A stretch of 64,000 nucleotides of DNA. Source: an archaeon. GTDB lineage: Archaea; Nanobdellota; Nanobdellia; Pacearchaeales; GW2011-AR1. Where the stretch lies: positions 4,639-68,638 of the forward strand of contig JBDRNU010000026.1 in NCBI GenBank assembly GCA_043810775.1, written 5' to 3'. How positions within the stretch are numbered: position 1 is the first letter of the stretch; the number at the start of each line of letters is the position of its first letter. A model generated the notes under the pieces. That model ran no database searches. It was not told the DNA's origin and was given only the letters and a program-made list of their open reading frames with translations. Both the position numbers and the translations under genes were made by a program. Positions 44,127 through 53,650 of the stretch are shown here, piece by piece.

Positions 44127-45809
44127 ATGCTCTATTCAGAACTCTGCAAGGTATATCAAGAACTTGAAGCCACATCAAAGCGGTTGGAAAAGACAGAAGT
44201 TCTAGTTAATTTTCTAGGCAAGCTCAAGAATGAAACACCTGAAATAATCTATCTTCTAAAAGGAAGAATATTTCCAGACTATGAAGAAAAAGAAACAGGA
44301 ATCTCTGAACAGCTAGTAATCAAAGCCCTGTCAAAATCCTCTGGAATTTCAGCTCTGGAAATAACAAAAGAATGGAAAAAACTAGGAGATTTAGGCTTAG
44401 TAGCAGAATCAGTAATTAATAAAAAAAAGCAAAGAAGTCTTGACTCAAAATTACTAACAGTTGACAAAGTTCTTTATAATTTAAAAAAACTCCCTGAACT
44501 TGTGGGAAAAGGAACAGTTGAAAAAAAGTTGTCCTTAATTTCTGAATTATTAACTTCTGCTTCAACCATAGAAGCCCGCTATATTATCAGAACTCTTCTT
44601 GGAGATTTAAGAGTAGGTGTAGGTGATGGAGTTCTAAGAGATTCAATTACTCTTACGTTTCTTGAAAAAACAAAAGAAAATCTTGACCTTGTGCAATCAG
44701 CATATGATAAAACAACTGATTTCGCACTAGTATTTGAAAAAGCTCGCAAAGGAAAAAAAGAGCTTGAAAAAGTTGAGCTAACTCCAGGAGTGCCAGTAAA
44801 AGTTATGCTTTTCCTTAAAGCAAAAGATATAGAAGATGCATTTAAAATAGTGGGAAAACCCGCCGCCTTTGAGTATAAGTATGATGGATTTAGGATGATG
44901 ATTAATAAAAATAAAGATGATATAAAAATATTTACAAGAAGGCTAGATGAAGTTACAAAACAATTCCCTGAAGTAGTAAGCTATGTCCAAAAATATGTAA
45001 AAGGAGATTCATTTATTCTTGATGCAGAAGCAGTAGGCTTCTCACCCACACAAAAAAAATATCGCCCTTTCCAAGAGATAAGTCAAAGAATAAAAAGAAA
45101 ATATGATATAGAATTGATATCTAATAAGCTGCCTATTGAAATTAATATTTTTGATATAATTTACTATAGTAATAAATCCCTGATTCTAACACCATTTAAA
45201 GATAGACGGAAGATACTTGAAAAAATAGTAAAAGGAAAAAAATGGCAGCTAGTTCTCGCCAAGCAAATAATAACTGAAAAATCAGAAGAAGCAGAAAAGT
45301 TTTATCAGCAAGCCTTAAATGAAGGTGAAGAAGGAATAATGGTTAAAAACCTGCAAGCCCCTTACAAACCAGGAGCCAGAGTAGGTTATGCTGTAAAAAT
45401 CAAGCCAGAAGATAATGAACTTGATTTAGTTATTGTAAAAGCAGAATATGGAACAGGAAAAAGGGCAGGATGGCTCACATCATATACTGTAGCATGCCAA
45501 GATTCAGACAATAATTTACTTGAAATAGGAAAAGTTTCAACAGGGTTAAAAGAAAAAGAATCCCAGGGTTTAAGTTTCATGGAGATTACTAAAAAACTTA
45601 AGCCCCTGATTGAAAAAGAATCAGGAAGAGAAGTGATTATCAAGCCAAAGCTAGTAGTTACAGTTACCTACCAAAATATACAAAAATCCCCAAAATACGC
45701 TTCAGGATATGCTCTAAGATTTCCAAGATTCACAAGAATTAGGCTTGACCGGGGAATTCATGATATAGCTTTTCTTAATGAGATAAAAAGAGAGCACACT
45801 CAAAGATAA
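44127..45809 (+). CDS. lig: ATP-dependent DNA ligase
   Basis: Adenylation motif I FEYKYDGFRMMI, motifs EGIMVK and LDLVIVKAEYGTGKRAGW, 560 aa. Confidence 0.9.
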   Translation: MLYSELCKVYQELEATSKRLEKTEVLVNFLGKLKNETPEIIYLLKGRIFPDYEEKETGISEQLVIKALSKSSGISALEITKEWKKLGDLGLVAESVINKKKQRSLDSKLLTVDKVLYNLKKLPELVGKGTVEKKLSLISELLTSASTIEARYIIRTLLGDLRVGVGDGVLRDSITLTFLEKTKENLDLVQSAYDKTTDFALVFEKARKGKKELEKVELTPGVPVKVMLFLKAKDIEDAFKIVGKPAAFEYKYDGFRMMINKNKDDIKIFTRRLDEVTKQFPEVVSYVQKYVKGDSFILDAEAVGFSPTQKKYRPFQEISQRIKRKYDIELISNKLPIEINIFDIIYYSNKSLILTPFKDRRKILEKIVKGKKWQLVLAKQIITEKSEEAEKFYQQALNEGEEGIMVKNLQAPYKPGARVGYAVKIKPEDNELDLVIVKAEYGTGKRAGWLTSYTVACQDSDNNLLEIGKVSTGLKEKESQGLSFMEITKKLKPLIEKESGREVIIKPKLVVTVTYQNIQKSPKYASGYALRFPRFTRIRLDRGIHDIAFLNEIKREHTQR

Positions 45810-45863
45810 ACATTTAAAAATTAATAATACCTCTAACTTTTAACAAAAGTTTAATTTGTTAAC

Positions 45864-47639
45864 ATGGAAACAAAAAGGGTGAGTTTATTGCTGGTTGCTG
45901 TCATATTATTACTTGCACTAACACTAGTTGCATTTCTCTCAATTAAAAAAGATAAAAATATTCTGCTTTCACCAGAAGAAGATATGAACATTTCTGGGAG
46001 TACTGAAGAAAATAATATTGAGAATATTACAGAAACTGGAAATGAAAGCTCAGAATATAATACTTCTAGTGATGAAGAAATTATAGGATTTTCACCCGGA
46101 AGCAACTGCACAGACTCTGATTTGGGCAAAAACTATTATTTAAGAGGGCAGATAATATTCTCTCCACAAACAGGAAATAATATTTCTTATAATGATTCTT
46201 GTGAAGATTACAACCTCCTAAAAGAATACTATTGTAATGAAACTAATGATATTGAGAATGAACAGTACAACTGTAATATAAGTTGCTTAAATGGGGCCTG
46301 TGAAAGCCTAAACATCTGCATAGATACAGACTTCGGAGCAAACTACAATGAAAAAGGAACAACTTTTGGCAGAAATATAAGTTCTCCCTTGAATAATATA
46401 ACTGCAGAAGACTACTGTTCTGGAGATGACCTTATAGAATATTTCTGTCGTGGAAGCTATATAGATAGCGAGATATATGAATGCTCAAACTCCTGTATCA
46501 ATGGAGCATGCAACTCTTCTAATTGCGCCCCCTCGTGGACTCAAACAAATACCACTTGCAAGTCAAACAATCGCTTAGAAATTTACTTCACAGATTCAAA
46601 CTCTTGCAGCCAAACTCCTCCAGCAAATCAAACAGCACACTGTGATTATGATGGAAACGGATTAATTGGAAACCTTTCTTCATTTTCATCTTCCAATATA
46701 TACCTAAGTGTATATATTAATGGTTCTCAAAACTCAACACAGCAATACACAGGAACCTTCAAAGTAGAATTTAAAGACGGAAATGATGCAATTATTGAAT
46801 TTGACTGGAATTTTGCCAGCCCACTTGACTTTGAAGATATTTATATTGAAAAACAAGGCTCTTCATCAAGCCAGGGATATTTGCTAATTAAAAAAATTAG
46901 TGCAAATAAAAAAGTATCAGTTGATAAAAAAAGTAGCTCAAGTAACTCAGTTTGCGTAAAAAAAGCTGAAGTTAACTCAACATCAGATATTACTTCAAAC
47001 TGCAACGGAACTAATGAAGTCCTAGTTGCCTGTCCTGGAGCAAATTCAGGAATATCTTGTTCACCAAGCAGTACCGACTTTCTTGTTGAGGGAGTAACTA
47101 ACTCACTAATAATAGAATATCTTGGCAACGCAACTCCAGCAGGAGGATGCTCTCCTAGTTGGGATTGTGAAGACTGGTCAGCTTGTGCCAACTCCTTGCA
47201 AACAAGAGTTTGTAACGACCTAAATTATTGCAACACTACCTCTCAAAAACCAGAAGAAAGCCAGATATGTGCCTCTGAATGCGAAGAAAACTGGGATTGT
47301 GAAGACTGGCCGTCAGACTGCCCAAAAAATAAAACTCTGACAAGAGCATGTAATGATTTAAACAGTTGCGGAACTTCAAATGAAAAACCTCTAACATCAA
47401 AAAGCTGCGAACAAGGCTCTAATTTAGGATATATAGTATTAATAATTATTATTGCGTTGCTTGCAATTATAATTGCCCTTGCAATTATCTACTTGCTAAA
47501 AAAACAAAAAGAAGATTCTTCAGGAAATACTCTTTCTAAGTCCAGTCCTCCATTTGGACCTTTTTCTCCGCAAAACCGCCCAGTAAACCCTCCAATGCAA
47601 AGAACATTTCAGCCAAAACCCGGCATTTACAGAGTCTGA
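45864..47639 (+). CDS. Cys-rich secreted protein with C-terminal TM anchor and Pro-rich cytoplasmic tail
   Basis: Signal/TM at the N-terminus. Two C.D(S/T)D.G.NY...C.NGAC modules. Two or three C.P.W.C.DW..C....R.CNDLN.C modules. TM helix YIVLIIIIALLAIIIALAIIYLL. Confidence 0.65.
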   Translation: METKRVSLLLVAVILLLALTLVAFLSIKKDKNILLSPEEDMNISGSTEENNIENITETGNESSEYNTSSDEEIIGFSPGSNCTDSDLGKNYYLRGQIIFSPQTGNNISYNDSCEDYNLLKEYYCNETNDIENEQYNCNISCLNGACESLNICIDTDFGANYNEKGTTFGRNISSPLNNITAEDYCSGDDLIEYFCRGSYIDSEIYECSNSCINGACNSSNCAPSWTQTNTTCKSNNRLEIYFTDSNSCSQTPPANQTAHCDYDGNGLIGNLSSFSSSNIYLSVYINGSQNSTQQYTGTFKVEFKDGNDAIIEFDWNFASPLDFEDIYIEKQGSSSSQGYLLIKKISANKKVSVDKKSSSSNSVCVKKAEVNSTSDITSNCNGTNEVLVACPGANSGISCSPSSTDFLVEGVTNSLIIEYLGNATPAGGCSPSWDCEDWSACANSLQTRVCNDLNYCNTTSQKPEESQICASECEENWDCEDWPSDCPKNKTLTRACNDLNSCGTSNEKPLTSKSCEQGSNLGYIVLIIIIALLAIIIALAIIYLLKKQKEDSSGNTLSKSSPPFGPFSPQNRPVNPPMQRTFQPKPGIYRV

Positions 47640-47680
47640 TAAACACAATATTTTTAAACTGAAACACTAGAATAAATACA

Positions 47681-48037
47681 ATGACAATAGAAGATACAAC
47701 AGAAGAAACTAGCGGCGAAAAAGTAAACTCTCACTGTAGAAATTGTGAAAAACCATTTCAGAATGGAGATATGATTTCTTATAATTTTATAACTGGAGAA
47801 GCTTTTCATTATTTTCCACTAGAATTAATGAATCTCCCAGAATTTCATCATTTAATCAGAGCAGGACACAGGCCTTGTTCAGAACAATTTGAAAATGAAA
47901 TGCCCCAAGTAGTCAAAGAAGGAGTCTTTCATAAAAGAAGAGTATTTGACCCCTCTCAAATTCGTTGTGCTAATATAACTTATAAGAAGGAAATGCTTGG
48001 AGTAGAATTTCCAGCTTATAAAAAAGATTTAAAATAA
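47681..48037 (+). CDS. Hypothetical protein
   Basis: 118-aa ORF. Confidence 0.4.
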   Translation: MTIEDTTEETSGEKVNSHCRNCEKPFQNGDMISYNFITGEAFHYFPLELMNLPEFHHLIRAGHRPCSEQFENEMPQVVKEGVFHKRRVFDPSQIRCANITYKKEMLGVEFPAYKKDLK

Positions 48038-48062
48038 ATTAATTAATTTCTAATTGCATCAA

Positions 48063-48098
48063 CCGAAAGCTTTAAAAACACCGAAAGATTTAAAAAGA
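48063..48098 (+). promoter_or_regulatory. Tandem 18-nt duplication of a BRE/TATA-like motif upstream of tbp
   Basis: CCGAAAGCTTTAAAAACA followed directly by CCGAAGATTTAAAAAGA-type copy CCGAAAGATTTAAAAAGA (16 of 18 identical). The second TATA lies about 30 nt upstream of the ATG at 48125. Confidence 0.45.
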
Positions 48099-48124
48099 AA
48101 CGAAATAACTTCTAAAAAACAAAA

Positions 48125-48676
48125 ATGGCTAAGGTTTCTTTAAAAGTGCAAAATATCGTCGCAACAACCTCTTTAGGCAAACCAGTGTCACTTACAAAAC
48201 TAGCAAGAACTGAGTCTAATACAGAATATAACCCTGAACAGTTTCCAGGACTAGTTTTAAGGGTAAAAAAGCCAAAATCAGCAGTTCTAGTGTTCTCATC
48301 TGGAAATCTAGTATGTACAGGCACAAAAAGCATAGCTCAAGTAAAGCAAGTTATTGATTCTGTAATAAAACAACTTAGGAAAATTAATGTAAAAATAACA
48401 GATAAGCCTAAAATAAATGTGCAGAATATAGTTGCTTCTGGTAGCATTGATATGATGCTAAACCTTAATGTCCTCGCTTTAGAGCTTGAAAATACAGAAT
48501 ACGAGCCAGAGCAGTTTCCAGGTCTGGTCTATAAGCTAGTAGACCCTACAGCAACCTTCTTGTTATTTAGCAATGGAAAGCTTGTATGCACTGGGACAAA
48601 GAACAGAAAACAGCTTGAGGAAAGCATAAAACAGCTTATTAAGAACGTAAAAGCAGTCTTAAAAAGGTTAAAGTAA
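48125..48676 (+). CDS. tbp: TATA-box binding protein
   Basis: Two direct repeats: QNIVATTSLG...PEQFPGLVLRV...SGNLVCTG and QNIVASGSI...PEQFPGLVYKL...NGKLVCTG. Confidence 0.92.
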   Translation: MAKVSLKVQNIVATTSLGKPVSLTKLARTESNTEYNPEQFPGLVLRVKKPKSAVLVFSSGNLVCTGTKSIAQVKQVIDSVIKQLRKINVKITDKPKINVQNIVASGSIDMMLNLNVLALELENTEYEPEQFPGLVYKLVDPTATFLLFSNGKLVCTGTKNRKQLEESIKQLIKNVKAVLKRLK

Positions 48677-48842
48677 TTTTTATTTTTCTTGTGTTTTCCA
48701 CTTAAACATAGTAAGATAACTTAATAAATAACATGAAGTTAACATTCCCATAGACTTAAGGGAAAAGTATATTTTAACTTATAGAAATGAATAAAAACTC
48801 ATCCATATACTGAGTTTTGTCAGGGGTGTAAAAAGGGTAAAA

Positions 48843-50858
48843 ATGGCCGATAAACCAAAAACTGAAGATATGATACTAGAAGCTAAAAATTTCTTTGACT
48901 TTTACAAAAAAGAAATAGGCAAGTCAATTAGGTCTGGTAAAAATGTAATATATGTAAATTTCAATGAAATAGCAGAGTTTTCGCACTTATTGGCAGAACT
49001 CCTTCTTTCAAATCCAGAAGAAATCATAGGAGTATTAGAAACCTCACTAGAAGAATCAGGGCTTGTAGTGTCACCCAGAATAAGGCTGCTAGACCTTCCA
49101 GACTCACATTCAGAAAGAGTAAGGAATCTAAGAGCAAAGCACCTCAATAAGATAGTGCAAGTTGAAGGTATAGTGCGTCAAGCTTCTGAAGTTCGTCCAC
49201 AAGTTGTAAATGCCAAATTTGAGTGCCCTTCTTGTGGAACAGTGCTTTCTATACTTCAAATTGAATCAAAATTCCGCGAGCCTACTCGCTGTTCTTGTGG
49301 AAGAAAGGGAAATTTTAAGTTAATGAGCAAAGATATGGTAGACGCACAAAGAATAGTAATAGAAGAAAACCCAGAAAGCCTTTTTGGAGGCGAACAGCCA
49401 AGAAGAATCTCTATTTTCCTAAAAGAAGATTTAGTTGAGCCAAAAATGGAAGAAAAAACAACTCCTGGAAGCAGAATAAGAGTCATCGGAGTCTTAAAAG
49501 AAATTTCACGCCCAAGCCCAGCAGGAGGGACTCTAACAAGATATGATATAGCTATAGAAGCAAACAATCTAATCCCTTTAGAAGAAACTTTTGAAGAGCT
49601 GGATATCACTGAAGAAGATGAAAGACAAATTCAAGAACTAGCAGCAGACCCTAAAGTTTTTGTTAAGCTAGCTGAAAGCATAGCACCCTCAATTTATGGT
49701 TATGAAGAAATAAAACAAGCTCTGGTTCTTCAGCTTTTTGCAGGAGTAGGAAAACAGAGATCCGATTATACACACAGCAGAGGAGATATTCATGTCCTGC
49801 TAGTTGGAGACCCAGGAGTGGCAAAATCAGTCACTCTTAAATTCATATCTAGCATCGCACCAAAAGGAAGGTATGTAGTGGGAAAATCTGCTACTGGTGC
49901 TGGACTCACTGCAACAGTAGTAAGAGACGAGTTCTTAAGAGGCTGGAGTTTAGAAGCAGGAGCAATGGTTCTAAGCAATAAAGGAATAGTCTGCATAGAT
50001 GAAATTGAAAAAATGGACCCTCAAGATAGAAGCGCAATGCATGAAGCAATGGAACAGCAAACCGTTACTATATCAAAAGCTAATGTTCAAGCCACTTTAA
50101 GGGCAGAAACATCTGTACTAGCTGCAGGCAACCCAAAATTCGGAAGGTTTGACCCTTACCAAACAGTTTCAAGCCAAATTGATATTCCCCCAACCCTTAT
50201 TAACAGATTTGATGTTATATTTATTGTTAAAGACCTGCCAGACAGGGCAAAAGATGAGGCAATAGCCTCACATGTTTTAATGGAGCACACACAAGAAGCT
50301 GTAAAAACCCTAATTGATAGGGAACTTTTCAAGAAATATGTTGCTTATGCAAAACAAAGATATAAACCTAAATTATCTCAAGAAGCGGTAGATGAAATAA
50401 AAAAATTTTACGTTGACCTAAGATCAACCAGAGTCTCAGGCGACCAGCCAACAAAGCCTCTTCCAATTTCAGCTCGACAATTAGAAGCTCTAATTAGAAT
50501 GTCAGAAGCTTCAGCAAAATCACGCCTTTCAAACAAAGTTACAAAAGAGGACTCTAAGCGTGCAATAAACTTAATGAAATATTATTTAATGCAAGTAGGT
50601 TACGATTATGAAACAAAAACTTTTGATATTGATAGAATAGCAACAGGCATCTCTACTTCACAAAGAGGAAGAATTATTCTAGTAAGAGAAACACTTTCAA
50701 GACTTGAAAATAGGCTTGGAAAGCTAATTCCTATAGAAGAAATCAAAAAAGAATTAGAAGGAAAAGTAGATGATAAAGAAATAGAAGATGCCCTAGATAA
50801 ACTGACAATATCAGGGGATATATTTCATCCAAGGAGGGGATTTGTCCAAAGAACATGA
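48843..50858 (+). CDS. mcm: MCM replicative helicase
   Basis: Zinc motif CPSCG...CSCG, Walker A LLVGDPGVAKS, Walker B CIDEIEKM, arginine finger NRFDVIF, C-terminal wH. Confidence 0.95.
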   Translation: MADKPKTEDMILEAKNFFDFYKKEIGKSIRSGKNVIYVNFNEIAEFSHLLAELLLSNPEEIIGVLETSLEESGLVVSPRIRLLDLPDSHSERVRNLRAKHLNKIVQVEGIVRQASEVRPQVVNAKFECPSCGTVLSILQIESKFREPTRCSCGRKGNFKLMSKDMVDAQRIVIEENPESLFGGEQPRRISIFLKEDLVEPKMEEKTTPGSRIRVIGVLKEISRPSPAGGTLTRYDIAIEANNLIPLEETFEELDITEEDERQIQELAADPKVFVKLAESIAPSIYGYEEIKQALVLQLFAGVGKQRSDYTHSRGDIHVLLVGDPGVAKSVTLKFISSIAPKGRYVVGKSATGAGLTATVVRDEFLRGWSLEAGAMVLSNKGIVCIDEIEKMDPQDRSAMHEAMEQQTVTISKANVQATLRAETSVLAAGNPKFGRFDPYQTVSSQIDIPPTLINRFDVIFIVKDLPDRAKDEAIASHVLMEHTQEAVKTLIDRELFKKYVAYAKQRYKPKLSQEAVDEIKKFYVDLRSTRVSGDQPTKPLPISARQLEALIRMSEASAKSRLSNKVTKEDSKRAINLMKYYLMQVGYDYETKTFDIDRIATGISTSQRGRIILVRETLSRLENRLGKLIPIEEIKKELEGKVDDKEIEDALDKLTISGDIFHPRRGFVQRT

Positions 50859-51328
50859 AACCTAAAAGAGAATTTATATCCACTATTTATATTATAAAAG
50901 AAGAAAAAGTTCTCCTAATTTGGAACAAAAAAGTAGGCTCATTTATACCCCTTGGAGGTCATCTAGAAGAAGACGAACTCCCTTGTGAAGCAGCAATCAG
51001 AGAAGCAAAAGAGGAATCTGGGTTTGAAATTGAATTAATAAACACAGAAAAAAAAGAAATAACATCTCCAACTGGTGCAAAAAGAGTCTTCCTACCACAA
51101 AACTTTATAATAGGGCTAGATGTAATAAAACCAGACCATCATCACATAAATATGGGTTATGTTGGTAAAATAATAAACGGCCAGCAACTGGAAAAATCAG
51201 ATGAAAACACAGAACTAAGGTGGTTTTCTAAAGAAGAAATCACTAATAATTCAAAAATTTTTGATAATGTTAAATTAGAAGCAGAAAAAGCAATTAAACT
51301 AATGGAGGATTATAAAAATGACTGCTGA
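50855..51328 (+). CDS. NUDIX hydrolase
   Basis: Nudix box GGHLEEDELPCEAAIREAKEESG. ATGA overlap with the mcm stop. Confidence 0.8.
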   Translation: MKPKREFISTIYIIKEEKVLLIWNKKVGSFIPLGGHLEEDELPCEAAIREAKEESGFEIELINTEKKEITSPTGAKRVFLPQNFIIGLDVIKPDHHHINMGYVGKIINGQQLEKSDENTELRWFSKEEITNNSKIFDNVKLEAEKAIKLMEDYKNDC

Positions 51329-51932
51329 AACAATAAAAAGACAGACAGCTTACAAAGTAAAAATAGGTGATATAATTAATGGGAAGCAAATTATGGACGG
51401 AGAAAGATTTTCATATTTAGAACAAGAAAATAAAAGACTTGTAAGAATTAACTTAGTAGCTAATGTAGTTGATAAATATGAGGCTCAAGGAGACAAAAAA
51501 TATATTTCATTTACACTTGATGATGCTTCCGGACAAATTAGACTTAAGATTTTCGGAGATGATGTCGATAGATTCAGAGACATAACCCAAGGTCATACAG
51601 TAATGGTGATTGGTTTAATAAGATTCTATAATGATGAGTTATACATAAATCCAGAAATAATAAAAATCCAGGATCCGCGTTATCTTTTAGTAAGAAAACT
51701 TGAATTAGAATCAAGCAAGCCCAAAGAGGTAAATAAAGAAGAGGTAAAAGAGATAAAAGATAAGATTATAGAAATGGTAAAAAGCTCAGATTCAACAGGA
51801 GGTTTGGAAACTGAAAAGCTTATTCTAGAATTAAAAGCCTCGCCTGATTTAATAAATTCAGAAATTCGAAAAATGCTTGAATCAGGAATGATATACGAGC
51901 CTCGCCCGGGAAAAATTAGATACCTAGGATAA
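51318..51932 (+). CDS. OB-fold plus C-terminal winged-helix protein (RPA32/Stn1-like architecture)
   Basis: VRINLVANVVDKYE...ISFTLDDASGQIRLKIFGDD...VMVIGLIRFYNDELYINPE (OB). C-terminal LINSEIRKMLESGMIYEPRPGKIRYL (wH-like). 11-nt overlap with the NUDIX gene. Confidence 0.45.
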   Translation: MTAETIKRQTAYKVKIGDIINGKQIMDGERFSYLEQENKRLVRINLVANVVDKYEAQGDKKYISFTLDDASGQIRLKIFGDDVDRFRDITQGHTVMVIGLIRFYNDELYINPEIIKIQDPRYLLVRKLELESSKPKEVNKEEVKEIKDKIIEMVKSSDSTGGLETEKLILELKASPDLINSEIRKMLESGMIYEPRPGKIRYLG

Positions 51933-53570
51933 TTATTTCTTCCTTTTCTTCATAACTTTTCTTTGAACCTTTACTTTAGGTTTTTCTCCAGGTTTCTTTT
52001 TCCCTTTTCTTTTAGTCAGAAATAAATAAACTACTAAAATTACTATCAAAGCAATAATAAATTTAATTAAATTTTTAGATAGATTCCTATTAGTTGCTCC
52101 ATCTTCTTCTGGTTCAATTCCAGTCTGAAATTCAATTCCAAAACTAGAAGAAGGATTTGTACTCACGATTAGTAGTGTTGTATGTCTTCCAACATCACTA
52201 AAAGTCCATTTAAACTGCACACCATTCCATCCGCTAGCAGTATGATTATACTTATTTCCAAAACTACCTTTATCAAAAACCCATGTAAAATTCACAGCCC
52301 TATACTCATCTCCAACTGGCGCTGCAGGAGTTATAGGAACGCCCCCTTGAATTTGTGAAGGGCAATACTTTCCAGCTATACAATATATTCCAGGATTCGT
52401 GGTAATATTTATTTCAAGTGCATAAGTTCCAGATGCATTAAATTTGACTTCCTGTTGGTCAAAAATCTGGCCAAATGCGGGATAATCAATCCAGGCAAAC
52501 ACCTCTTTGCTATCTACTGAAGGATTAACTACCAAAATACTGACTAAAGTTCTGGCACTAGCTCCTCTTTCATCTGTAACAGTAAGCCAAATTGTCTTCT
52601 GTCCAGTACTTGAATAAGCATGAGTAAAACTATCAGAAGTTTCATTAGTTCCATCACCCAAATCCCACTTCACGCTGACAATACTATCATCTATATCATA
52701 ACTGGCATGTGAAAAACTAATTGAGGAAGAAATACTATAAACACTTCTATTCAAGGGACTAGTGATAATAGCTACTGGAGGAGTATTGTGCTCTTGTTGA
52801 GTCATCAGCAAATTATAAGACTCATTACAAATTGCTAAATTCACATTGCATGCATCAAAATAATACTGCCTATTTTCATTTATACTATCTGAACTTCCAT
52901 CAAAATCTTCATCTCCTAAAACCCAACTAGTAGACTCATAACCGTCTATAGTTCCTATTTTAGAATCCCATAAACCTAAAAATCCTCCATTTTTTTCATA
53001 TATAGTAAAACTGATATTTTGCCCAATAAACCCACTGCCCTTAGTTACAAGTTTCACCCTATCACTCTGATTAGCTACAAATATTTTCTGATCATGCATA
53101 TTATTCCACTCAGAGCCTTCACCAAATTCAAAACCAACCTTACAGCATATCTTAAGATTATAAGCAGCGCACCCTCCAGCATGAGCATTGGTACTTCCAG
53201 ACATAGAACCAACACACTCAAAACTCGGGCTGCAACTCCCAGCTTCATACTGGCATCCTAAATTATCAAAACAAACATCAGTAGCATAATTTGTTAAAGG
53301 ATATTCTTCAGCATGAGCATTAGTGACTGCTGACAATCCAACTATCCCATTACTTCCATCACAAGCTACACTAGAAATTCCAGATTGTGTTTGAAAACAA
53401 GCTATATAATTATAGGTACTTGCCGGCATTGTTCCGGCATGAGCATTTGCAATGTCAGATAATTTAAATAAAGAAGTTCCTGAACAATTAGCACTTCCAG
53501 TAACATCCGCATATACAAAACTAGAAAACAAAATAGCCAAAACTACTAATAACAAAAGCCTCTTTTTCAT
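51933..53570 (-). CDS. Secreted PKD-domain protein with C-terminal TM anchor and Lys-rich tail
   Basis: MKKRLLLLVVLAILF signal is the preferred start at 53570. Three (A/T)NAHA-containing Cys repeats. PKD signature VKWDLGDGTNETSDSFTHAYSSTGQKTIWLTVTDERG. Confidence 0.65.
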   Translation of the reverse strand: MKKRLLLLVVLAILFSSFVYADVTGSANCSGTSLFKLSDIANAHAGTMPASTYNYIACFQTQSGISSVACDGSNGIVGLSAVTNAHAEEYPLTNYATDVCFDNLGCQYEAGSCSPSFECVGSMSGSTNAHAGGCAAYNLKICCKVGFEFGEGSEWNNMHDQKIFVANQSDRVKLVTKGSGFIGQNISFTIYEKNGGFLGLWDSKIGTIDGYESTSWVLGDEDFDGSSDSINENRQYYFDACNVNLAICNESYNLLMTQQEHNTPPVAIITSPLNRSVYSISSSISFSHASYDIDDSIVSVKWDLGDGTNETSDSFTHAYSSTGQKTIWLTVTDERGASARTLVSILVVNPSVDSKEVFAWIDYPAFGQIFDQQEVKFNASGTYALEINITTNPGIYCIAGKYCPSQIQGGVPITPAAPVGDEYRAVNFTWVFDKGSFGNKYNHTASGWNGVQFKWTFSDVGRHTTLLIVSTNPSSSFGIEFQTGIEPEEDGATNRNLSKNLIKFIIALIVILVVYLFLTKRKGKKKPGEKPKVKVQRKVMKKRKK

Positions 53571-53650
53571 ATTATATCCTATAAATCCTATACGTTTATA
53601 AAGTTTACTAATTTCCAAATATTTATAAATCAAATTTGATAATTGAAAGT

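Noticed and set aside
53636-53650. N-terminal extensions from non-ATG starts in the ORF track (53636 TTG; also 18793 TTG, 56686, 2513, 7986, 58185, 42491)
   Set aside because: Downstream ATGs fit better with SD or TATA spacing, with family N-termini, or with avoiding overlap of tRNA or terminator structures. Coordinates were trimmed accordingly.
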